A stretch of 36,132 nucleotides of DNA from a virus. Its lineage: Duplodnaviria > Caudoviricetes. The notes beneath the pieces were generated by a model that searched no databases, was not told the origin of the DNA, and saw only the letters and a list, made by a program, of their open reading frames with translations. The stretch covers positions 1 to 36,132 of IMG/VR virus record IMGVR_UViG_3300031473_000004; one strand, 5' to 3'. Positions 15,373-23,065 of this stretch are shown piece by piece (the first letter of the stretch is position 1; every line of letters starts with the position of its first letter). Made by a program: the position numbers and the translations under genes.

Positions 15373-16890
15373 ATGCTGCTGTCTGCCGGCTCCTCGGTGG
15401 TCCCGCTCGGCGGGATCGGTGCGCTCGGCGACTCCCTGCCCTCCGGCCCGGGGCAGATGTACTACCCGTCCGACGGAATCGACCTGACGAACCTGCACGC
15501 GGCCTACGCGGCGCTGTACAAGGCGCAGCCGTGGGTCTACACGCTGGTGCAGAAGATTGCGCTCGGGACCTCCCGGCTGCCGTTGAAGCTCTACCGCAGG
15601 GACACCGACGGGAGCCGCCTGGACGAGCACGGCACCGCCTACGCCGAGCTGCTGGCCAAGCCGTCCCCGCGGTGGGGCGGCAAGGCGCTGTGGCTGTGGA
15701 CCGTCGCGACCCGCGAGCTGTACGGCGAGGCGATGTGGCTCAAGCGCCGCGACGACCAAGACCAGGTCCGGCAGCTGTTCCCGCTGCACCCGGCGAACCT
15801 GCTGGTCCGTCCCGGCCCGGACGGGGAGCAGGAGTACGTCTACGTCGGGCGGATGCGGGCGACCGCGATGCTCCCACCGTTCCCGGCGCGCGACGTCGTG
15901 CACTTCAAGAGCTACAACCCGGACAACACGACCCGCGGCCTGTCGCCGTGCGAGCCGCTGCGCCAGACGCTGCTGGCTGAGGACGCGACCCGGCGTGGGC
16001 AGGCGGCGATGTGGCGCAACGGCGCTCGCCCGTCCGTTGTCCTGACTACCGACAAGGCGATGAGCGAACCGGCGATCCGCCGCATGTCGGCGAGCTGGGA
16101 CGCGATGCACTCCGGGATCGACTCGTGGGGCAAGACCGCGATCCTGGAGGAAGGCGCGACCCCGCACGTGCTGCAGGTCAACCCGAACGAGATGCAGTAC
16201 GTGGAGTCCCGCCGGCTGAACCGGGAGGAGTGCTGCGCGGTCTGGGACATCCCCCCGCCTGCCGTGCACATCCTGGACCGCGCGACGTTCTCCAACATCA
16301 CCGAGCAGATGCGCTCGCTGTACCGGGACAGCATGTCCCCGCGGCTGGGGCACTACGAGGACACGATCGCCACCCAACTCACGCCCGACTTCGACCCGAC
16401 CGGGGCGACGTACGCGGAGTTCCTGCTGGACGAGGTGCTGCGGGGCGCCTACGAGGCGCGGATGCCGGCGAACGCCCAGGCGATCCAGACAGGGCAGGCG
16501 ACACCGAACGAGGTGCGGCGGCGGGAGAACCTGCCGGACATGGCCGGCGGGGACCAGCTGTACATCAACGCCGCGCTGATTCCGCTCGTTGCGGCGAAGG
16601 ACAGTCCGGCGACGGGGACGGAGATCGCCCAGGCGCCGCAGCACGTCAAGGCGCTGACCCAGGCCGACGGCCGGTTGATTACCGGCCGGCTGTCACGGGT
16701 GACCGACCTCGCCGAGGTCGACGCCGACCGGCTGCTGAGCGGTATCGACGGCGACACCACGCAGGTCCGCGGGCTGCTCGCCGCCGCGCTGGCCCGCGGC
16801 ACGAGCGTGACCGCACTGCGCCGGCAGATCGGCGGCAGCGCGGACCTGGACCTGGCCGAGCTGATCGAACCGACCAAGGAGCCCGCGTGA
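15373..16890 (+). CDS. HK97-family portal protein
   Basis: LFPLHPANL, DVVHFK...RGLSP, WRNGARPSVVL, TFSNITEQ, TPNEVRRRENLP. Confidence 0.95.
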   Translation: MLLSAGSSVVPLGGIGALGDSLPSGPGQMYYPSDGIDLTNLHAAYAALYKAQPWVYTLVQKIALGTSRLPLKLYRRDTDGSRLDEHGTAYAELLAKPSPRWGGKALWLWTVATRELYGEAMWLKRRDDQDQVRQLFPLHPANLLVRPGPDGEQEYVYVGRMRATAMLPPFPARDVVHFKSYNPDNTTRGLSPCEPLRQTLLAEDATRRGQAAMWRNGARPSVVLTTDKAMSEPAIRRMSASWDAMHSGIDSWGKTAILEEGATPHVLQVNPNEMQYVESRRLNREECCAVWDIPPPAVHILDRATFSNITEQMRSLYRDSMSPRLGHYEDTIATQLTPDFDPTGATYAEFLLDEVLRGAYEARMPANAQAIQTGQATPNEVRRRENLPDMAGGDQLYINAALIPLVAAKDSPATGTEIAQAPQHVKALTQADGRLITGRLSRVTDLAEVDADRLLSGIDGDTTQVRGLLAAALARGTSVTALRRQIGGSADLDLAELIEPTKEPA

Positions 16891-17645
16891 CTGTGACCAA
16901 GGCTGTTGCGGCCGTCGAGTCGGTCGAGTCGACCAACCCCAACGGCGAGTTCGACCTGATCCTGTCGGCGAGCACGAAGGACCGGGACGGCGAGAGCATC
17001 CGCACTCGGGCGTTCGAGCCGCTGCCGGACCACATCAGCATGGACATCGACCACGGCATGAGCGTCGCGACGACGGTCGGCTCAGGGGTGCCGTCCTACG
17101 CCGAGGACGGGACGCTGCGGGTCCGTGGGACCTACGCGAGCACTGAGCTCGGCCAGACCGTCCGCACCCTGGTCACCGAAGGCCACGTCCGGACCGCGAG
17201 CGTCGCGTTCATCACCGGCCAGGTCGAGAAGGCCGCCGGGGGCCACAAGGAGATCGTCACCGGGGAGCTGCTCAACGGCGCGTTCACCCCGGTCCCGTCC
17301 AACCGGGACGCGCGGGTGTTGTCTTCCAAGGCCTTCACCGCCACCGAGGAGATGCGCGAGGCGGCGGTGAAGGAGGGGCGCAGGAACAGCACGTCGGACT
17401 CCTCGCTGCTGCAGGACGCCCACGACTCCCTCGTCGCCGCGGGTGCGACCTGCTCGACCGGCAAGAGTGCCCGGCGGGTCGACATTCACGAGGTGGGCGC
17501 GCCGGACGCCGACGCCGACCGTGAGGCCAAGTCTCTGACCGCTCCCGGCCCCGCCCAGGCCGGCCCGGGAGCCGCAGAGCCGCCCACGGACGACGAGCTG
17601 GCCGTACGCGCCCACGCCATCAGAGCCCGCGTCGCGGCGCTCTGA
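16887..17645 (+). CDS. Prohead (capsid maturation) protease
   Basis: DRDGESI, DIDHG, ASVAFI, FTPVPSNRDA; between portal and capsid. Confidence 0.85.
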   Translation: MTVTKAVAAVESVESTNPNGEFDLILSASTKDRDGESIRTRAFEPLPDHISMDIDHGMSVATTVGSGVPSYAEDGTLRVRGTYASTELGQTVRTLVTEGHVRTASVAFITGQVEKAAGGHKEIVTGELLNGAFTPVPSNRDARVLSSKAFTATEEMREAAVKEGRRNSTSDSSLLQDAHDSLVAAGATCSTGKSARRVDIHEVGAPDADADREAKSLTAPGPAQAGPGAAEPPTDDELAVRAHAIRARVAAL

Positions 17646-17670
17646 CCCCACTCCCTGAACGGAGCACGAC

Positions 17671-18960
17671 ATGCCCACCCTGCTCGAGGCCAAGAACAAG
17701 GTCCGTGAGCTGTCCAAGAAGGCCCTTGACACCGTCGAGGACCCCTCGCTGTCCACGACGGACAAGAAGACCGCGCTCGACAAGATCGAGCCGGAGATCA
17801 AGAGCTGGACCGATGAGGTCCAGACGCTCGACCGGTTCGAGGATGCCCGCAAGGCGTTCATGACGTCGCTGTCCGGTGAGGACCCCGGAGGCGACTCCCC
17901 GCCGGCCGCTCCCGCTGCCAACATCCCGGCGCAGCGCAAGAGCTTCGGCGAGCAGTTCACCGCCGCGGCCGGCTACAAGTCGCTGGTCGACGGCGGGATC
18001 AGCACCAAGGGTGCCCGCTGGACCTCCGGGTCGATCGAGCTCAAGACCGCCCTCACCGAGGGCACCACCGGCGTCCCCGGCCCCGGCTTCGCGCCGGTGC
18101 AGACCCCGACCGTGCTGCCCGGCTTCACCGAGGTGCTGTTCCAGGGCCTGACCGTGGCGGACCTATTCCCGTCCGGCAGCACCAACAGCCCGCTCCTGCG
18201 CTACCTGGTGGAGACGGCAGTCACCAACGCCGCCGCGACCGTCGCCGAGCTCGGGCTGAAGCCGGAGTCGGCGATCACCTTCGCCAAGGTGGACGAGACG
18301 CTGAAGAAGATTGCCACCTTCCTGCCGGTGTCGGACGAGATGCTCGAGGACGTCGCGCAGATCCAGTCCTACCTCAACGCCCGGCTCAGCCTGTTCGTCC
18401 GGCTGCAGGAGGAGGTGCAGCTGCTGCGCGGTGACGGGACCGGCACGAACCTCGTCGGCATCCTGAACCGCACCGGCCTGGCGCCGAACGTGGTGAAGGG
18501 CAACGCCACACCCCCGGCGGGCTCCGCAACCGGCGCGTTCCTGTCGCCGGCGTCGGACAACGACATGGACGCCATCTACCGCCAGATCACCCAGGTCCGG
18601 ATCACCTCGTTCCTGGAGCCGGAGACGATCGTGGTCGACCCGGCGGGCTGGATGAACATTCAGCTGTCGAAGAACAGCCAGGGCACCTACTACGCGGGTG
18701 GCCCGTTCATGGGCATCGGCGCGCAGCCGAACCTGTGGGGCAAGCCCGTGGTCCCGACGACCGCGATGCCCGCGGCGACCGCGCTGGTCGGTGCGTTCCG
18801 GCAGGCCTCGCAGGTGTTCCGCAAGGGCGGGATCACCGTCGAGGCGTCGAACTCGCACGCCGACTTTTTCCAGCGCAACGAGGTCGCGATCCGTGCGGAG
18901 GAGCGACTTCTGCTGGCGATCTTCCGCCCTGGTGCGTTCGGCACGGTCACCGCTCTGTGA
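17671..18960 (+). CDS. Major capsid protein, HK97 fold
   Basis: N-terminal coiled delta domain; VAELGLKPES, KKIATFLPVSDEMLED, LLRGDGTG, FQRNEVAIRAEERL. Confidence 0.95.
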   Translation: MPTLLEAKNKVRELSKKALDTVEDPSLSTTDKKTALDKIEPEIKSWTDEVQTLDRFEDARKAFMTSLSGEDPGGDSPPAAPAANIPAQRKSFGEQFTAAAGYKSLVDGGISTKGARWTSGSIELKTALTEGTTGVPGPGFAPVQTPTVLPGFTEVLFQGLTVADLFPSGSTNSPLLRYLVETAVTNAAATVAELGLKPESAITFAKVDETLKKIATFLPVSDEMLEDVAQIQSYLNARLSLFVRLQEEVQLLRGDGTGTNLVGILNRTGLAPNVVKGNATPPAGSATGAFLSPASDNDMDAIYRQITQVRITSFLEPETIVVDPAGWMNIQLSKNSQGTYYAGGPFMGIGAQPNLWGKPVVPTTAMPAATALVGAFRQASQVFRKGGITVEASNSHADFFQRNEVAIRAEERLLLAIFRPGAFGTVTAL

Positions 18961-18965
18961 TCATC

Positions 18966-18998
18966 CCGGCCGCGCGGAGCTGATCTCCGCGCGGCCGG
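18966..18998 (+). terminator. Perfect 14-bp hairpin after the capsid gene (terminator or mRNA stabiliser)
   Basis: CCGGCCGCGCGGAG-CTGAT-CTCCGCGCGGCCGG; no U-tract. Confidence 0.65.
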
Positions 18999-19025
18999 TG
19001 TCCACACCCCAACGAAGGAGGCAGC

Positions 19026-19472
19026 ATGGCTGCGAGCAGTGGCGAGATCGACTTCTCGAAGTCCACGATGGCCTACCCGATGGGCCCGGACGCGGAGCCG
19101 GTGTTCCTGCAGCAGGCCTCACCGGACGCCGTGAAGTCCACGATGGCCTACCCGATGTACGACGACGCCAAGGTCGCGAAGGCAGTCGAGGCGGCCAAGG
19201 GCGTCCGGACGGTGCAGGAGCTCACCGCGGAGTCGACGGGTGCGTTCCTCACCCCCGGCCCGGTGAGCACCGGCGCACTGGAGCACGTCGCCGAGCAGCG
19301 CCGGGACCTGGCGCTGTCCGAGGACCCCTCGGGGGAGTCCGACGCCGGCTATGAGGCGCGGCCGTCGACGATCCCGCGGCCGGGTGCTGACGGCGTGGAT
19401 CGGCAGTCCAAGACGGTCGCTCCCGCCCCGGCGTCGCAGGCCGGGCTGCGGACCCGAGCGCGCGGGAAGTGA
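19026..19472 (+). CDS. Hypothetical protein with duplicated KSTMAYPM motif
   Basis: Strong AAGGAGG RBS; 25-bp exact repeat at 19058-19082 and 19133-19157. Confidence 0.75.
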   Translation: MAASSGEIDFSKSTMAYPMGPDAEPVFLQQASPDAVKSTMAYPMYDDAKVAKAVEAAKGVRTVQELTAESTGAFLTPGPVSTGALEHVAEQRRDLALSEDPSGESDAGYEARPSTIPRPGADGVDRQSKTVAPAPASQAGLRTRARGK

Positions 19473-20029
19473 TCCCGCTGGGCGACCTCAAGGACGCCCT
19501 GAACATGAAGGGCACCGACGGCAGCCACGACGCGGAGCTGCAGCGCCATCTCGACGCGGCGCTGCAGGTTGCGGAGGGCTACGTCGGGCCGCTGACCCCC
19601 CGCTCCCGCACCGACGTCCTGTTCGACGTGTACGGGCCGACGGTGGTGCTGCGGGACGCCCCGGTGCTCAGCGTGGAGACGCTCAACATCGCCCCCTACC
19701 CGGGGACGACCCCGACGGTGCAGGACGTCACAGCGCTGCTGCTGGACGGCGCGGCGGGCATCCTGCGGCTGGCGTCCGGCCGGCCGGTGCAAGGCGTCGT
19801 GACCGTCACCTACACGGTGGGCCAAGACATCCCCCGGGCGGTCAGCGAGGGGATCGTGGAACTCGCTGCTCATCGTTACGGCCGCACCCAGCAGTACGCG
19901 GGCAGCAGCGTCGGCGGGCAGGTCGGCGCGGACCCGGACGTGGACACCGCACCGGGGATGTACTCCGGGATCCCGTACGGGGTGCTGGACCTGTGGCGGC
20001 CCTACCTGCGGGCACCGAGGGTCGCATGA
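19469..20029 (+). CDS. Head-to-tail adaptor
   Basis: LGDLKDALN...DAELQRHLDAALQVAEGYVGP...VTVTYTVG...IPYGVLDLWRPY; position after capsid. Confidence 0.8.
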   Translation: MIPLGDLKDALNMKGTDGSHDAELQRHLDAALQVAEGYVGPLTPRSRTDVLFDVYGPTVVLRDAPVLSVETLNIAPYPGTTPTVQDVTALLLDGAAGILRLASGRPVQGVVTVTYTVGQDIPRAVSEGIVELAAHRYGRTQQYAGSSVGGQVGADPDVDTAPGMYSGIPYGVLDLWRPYLRAPRVA

Positions 20030-20481
20030 GCCTGCCGACGTCCACAATCCCGGCTGTCCTGGACGCCCTGCTCGCCCAGCTGACCGCGCGCCTGACCGTG
20101 CTCCCCGTCGACGGGGACCCGGTGGAGGTCTACGACGGGGAGACGGCGCTGCTCGCGGCGCAGTGCATCCAGGTGGTTGGGGTGAGCAACGCCACCCAGG
20201 AGTGGGGGGCGACCGGGCTGTCCCGGGTGTGGGAGTCCTACGACGTGAACCTGCAGATCCGGGTATTCGCCGGCTCCGACAACCAGCCGTGGGCGCGCGC
20301 CCGGGCCTACCTGATCTACGGCGTGCTGCTGGCCGCCCCGCTGCGGGACGACCCCGGCATGGGCGGCCTGGTCATGGAAGCCGAACCGTCCTTCACCGGT
20401 TTGGTCAACGGCCCGACCGACAAGGGCGGCCGCGTGGCAATCGTCCCTGCGGTCGTGCACGTCGATGCGGAGCTGGCGTGA
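20026..20481 (+). CDS. Putative tail terminator/neck protein
   Basis: Size, position and ESYDVNLQI...LRDDPGMGGLV pattern. Confidence 0.65.
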   Translation: MSLPTSTIPAVLDALLAQLTARLTVLPVDGDPVEVYDGETALLAAQCIQVVGVSNATQEWGATGLSRVWESYDVNLQIRVFAGSDNQPWARARAYLIYGVLLAAPLRDDPGMGGLVMEAEPSFTGLVNGPTDKGGRVAIVPAVVHVDAELA

Positions 20482-20642
20482 CCCTGACCCTGCACGTGGC
20501 CTCCGGCCCCATCCGGACCGGCCTGTGGTGCGAGCGATGCCTGCTGCCATCGGTGGTGGAGGTGGACCTGTTCTGGCTCCGGACCACCGGGGTGACCCGG
20601 CTCGGCACGTACCGCGAATGCCTGGACGAGAGGACCCGTTGA
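20478..20642 (+). CDS. Small hypothetical protein with CxxC
   Basis: GLWCERCLLPS; coupled to its neighbours. Confidence 0.55.
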   Translation: MTLTLHVASGPIRTGLWCERCLLPSVVEVDLFWLRTTGVTRLGTYRECLDERTR

Positions 20643-20938
20643 TGGCCCGGCACAAGCACATCCGCAACCCGCACGACTACCCGGTGGACTTCCCGACCCT
20701 GGTCCCGCCGCTGCGCCTGGAGCCCGGTCAAGTGGCCAGGGTGCCGTCCGACGTGGACTTGCCGGGGGTGGAGGTGGTGACCGCCCGGGACGCCGACGGT
20801 GAGGCGCCGCTGCACACCCTGACCGAGCCGGTGCGCGGCGAGGACCCGTGGGTCGGCGCACCCGCCACAGTCCTGACCCCCGAGCCCGAGCCGACCCCCG
20901 AACCGCCCGTGACCGCTGCTGAGGAGCCGACCCCGTGA
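20642..20938 (+). CDS. Hypothetical Pro/Glu-rich protein
   Basis: TGATG coupling; precedes the tail tube gene. Confidence 0.6.
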   Translation: MARHKHIRNPHDYPVDFPTLVPPLRLEPGQVARVPSDVDLPGVEVVTARDADGEAPLHTLTEPVRGEDPWVGAPATVLTPEPEPTPEPPVTAAEEPTP

Positions 20939-21873
20939 CCAAGCTCTCCAAGCTTTCCTTCGTCGGTGGCGGCAAGGAGACCGTGCAGGGCACCCCTGTC
21001 GTGCCGACGTTCAGCCTCCCGGTGAAGACGATCAGCCCCGAGGACGTCATCGACACGATCGTGGACGAGTCGATGAAGGGCAACCCGGCTGTCTCCCAGG
21101 GCGTCTACGGCGGGGCGTCGTCGTCCACGTTCGGGCACGACGGGCACCCGTACCCGGACACCTTCGGGCACCTGCTCGCGGCGCTCGGGATGACCGACAC
21201 CACGACCGCGCCGGTCGCGCCGGAGACCCGCACGAAGCACACGTTCAAGGCGGCCGCTCAGCCGCCGTCGTACACGCTGACCGACTTCGACGTGGTGGAG
21301 GCCGTCGCCTACCCGGGCTGCCTGCTCGACGAGCTGGGCGTGAAGGTCGACTTGAAGGGGGCGGTCGAGTACTCGGCGAAGTGGATGGGCTGGCCTGGTG
21401 TGCAGGTGGCCACGCCCGTGCCGGTGTTCGGCGCGCTGCAGCCGTTCTTGGGCTGGCAGCTGATCTGGTCCGCCGGTGGTGCCGCGAGCACCCGGGTCCT
21501 GTCGTCGGAGTGGACGTTCAAGCGCGGCGTCGAGGTCATCCACGCCTCCGACGGGACGCAGGGCCCGCGGGAGACGTTCGCGGACGCTCTGGACGTGGAC
21601 TGCAAGTTCAAGGCGATTTTCGAGAACCGCACGGACTACGACCGGTTCATCGCCTACGCGGAGCACGTCGTGGTCGGCTCGCTGGTGCAGCCGGCAGGGA
21701 ACGGCGGCAACCGGTTGGACATCACGATGAGCCGGGCCACGTGCACGAAGGCGACCCGCGACCAGGGCAGCAAGTACGTGCAGCTCGACTGCGAGCTGCG
21801 TGGCTCGTTCAACGCCACGGACGCCGGCCCGGCGCAGGTCGCCCTTCTTACCCCGACCGCGGCCGCCTTCTAG
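20935..21873 (+). CDS. Major tail (tube) protein
   Basis: KETVQGTPV N-terminus, HTFKA...PSYTL, YPGCLLDEL; precedes chaperones and tape measure. Confidence 0.85.
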   Translation: MTKLSKLSFVGGGKETVQGTPVVPTFSLPVKTISPEDVIDTIVDESMKGNPAVSQGVYGGASSSTFGHDGHPYPDTFGHLLAALGMTDTTTAPVAPETRTKHTFKAAAQPPSYTLTDFDVVEAVAYPGCLLDELGVKVDLKGAVEYSAKWMGWPGVQVATPVPVFGALQPFLGWQLIWSAGGAASTRVLSSEWTFKRGVEVIHASDGTQGPRETFADALDVDCKFKAIFENRTDYDRFIAYAEHVVVGSLVQPAGNGGNRLDITMSRATCTKATRDQGSKYVQLDCELRGSFNATDAGPAQVALLTPTAAAF

Positions 21874-21883
21874 TCCCTCCAGC

Positions 21884-21932
21884 TCGGGCCGGTCGCGACG
21901 TCGAGGGCGCGGCCGGTCCGATCCACCCTCGA
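21884..21932 (+). promoter_or_regulatory. Predicted H-type pseudoknot abutting the chaperone RBS
   Basis: Stem 1 is 21884-21897/21908-21921. Loop TCGAGGG pairs with CCCTCGA at 21926-21932. Confidence 0.6.
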
Positions 21933-21942
21933 AAGGACCACG

Positions 21943-22296
21943 ATGGCTGGCTACACCGCGCACCGCGTCCTGCGGCACGAGTTCCCCGAGCTCGGCCCGG
22001 ACGTGTGGATCGAGCTCAAGAACCCGTACCTGCTCCCGGCGAACCGGCTCAACCCGGGCCGGGAGCCCCGCAAGCTGCCGAACGGTACCGTTGACATGGC
22101 GGACGTGGCCCGGATCGGCTACGACCTCTACTCCTGGCTGGTCGTGGACTGGAACGTCTACCCGGCCTGGGACGGCGAGAGCGAGATGGACACCGAACCT
22201 CTCGGACCACCCTCACCCGAGACGCTCGCCCAGGTCCCGACCCCGGTGGAGGTCTGGATCACCGAGCAGGTCAGCGCGGCCGGCCGCCCTTCCTGA
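21943..22296 (+). CDS. Tail assembly chaperone (G-like)
   Basis: AAAGGA RBS; WLVVDWNV; directly after the tail tube gene. Confidence 0.8.
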   Translation: MAGYTAHRVLRHEFPELGPDVWIELKNPYLLPANRLNPGREPRKLPNGTVDMADVARIGYDLYSWLVVDWNVYPAWDGESEMDTEPLGPPSPETLAQVPTPVEVWITEQVSAAGRPS

Positions 22297-22619
22297 TCAG
22301 CGAGGACTTCGCCGACGACCTTGAGGTTGTCACTGAGGCCCTCGCTGGCCGTCTGGTGCCGCAGGACGACGGTCCGGGCCTGCCGGAGGAGTGGTTCGGC
22401 TACCAGCTCGCGCAGCACATGGGCTGGACGTCGGAGGAGCTGGAGCTGTGCCCGGTGTACCGCCGGGTGTTGTGGACCCACTTCATGTACCTGGAGCGCA
22501 ACGCCCAGGCCGAGCAGTCAGACGCCGCCGACCCGCAGGTCCGCGAGCAGAACGCGGCGAGTGCGCGTAGCGAGATCGCCCGGGCTCGTGAAGCCGTCGG
22601 CTACCAGGGGGACACGTGA
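22287..22619 (+). CDS. Tail assembly chaperone extension (T-like), probably made by -1 frameshift
   Basis: The -1 frame is open across CGC CCT TCC TGA (reading PFLISEDFADD...LAQHMGWTSEELELCP). No convincing RBS of its own. Confidence 0.65.
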   Translation, partial: PFLISEDFADDLEVVTEALAGRLVPQDDGPGLPEEWFGYQLAQHMGWTSEELELCPVYRRVLWTHFMYLERNAQAEQSDAADPQVREQNAASARSEIARAREAVGYQGDT

Positions 22620-23065
22620 GCGACTTCCGGGTGCAGGGTGCCGACGAGTTCTACCGGCTCTCTCGTGCGCTACGAAACGCCGGCCGGACCGGGCTTCGCA
22701 AGGAGCTGACCAAGGGGCTGCGGCTGGCCGCGAAGCCGCTGATCGCACAGACCCGCGCTGCGGCTGCCGCTGAGCTTCCCAAGCGCGGCGGGCTGGGCCG
22801 GTCGGTGGCGAAGGCCCCGCAGCGCGTCACGGTCGCCACCGGCGCCCGCACGGTCGGGGTGCGGATCGTCGCGAAGGGCCCGGTACGCGGGGCGAACGCC
22901 GGCACCGTGCGGCACCCGGTGTTCGGTCATCGGGACCGGTTCGTCTTCCAGCAGGTCCGGGGCGGGTGGTTCGACCGAACCTTGACCGACGCGGCCCCGA
23001 CCGTTACCCCGGCGATCCTGGCTGCGATGGACGCCGTGATGGAGACGGTGGTCCGCGATGGCTGA
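22616..23065 (+). CDS. Basic tail-associated protein (HK97 gp10-like)
   Basis: VQGADEFYRLSRALR...LRKELTKGLRLAAKPL...RHPVFG...GWFDRT. Confidence 0.6.
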   Translation: MSDFRVQGADEFYRLSRALRNAGRTGLRKELTKGLRLAAKPLIAQTRAAAAAELPKRGGLGRSVAKAPQRVTVATGARTVGVRIVAKGPVRGANAGTVRHPVFGHRDRFVFQQVRGGWFDRTLTDAAPTVTPAILAAMDAVMETVVRDG

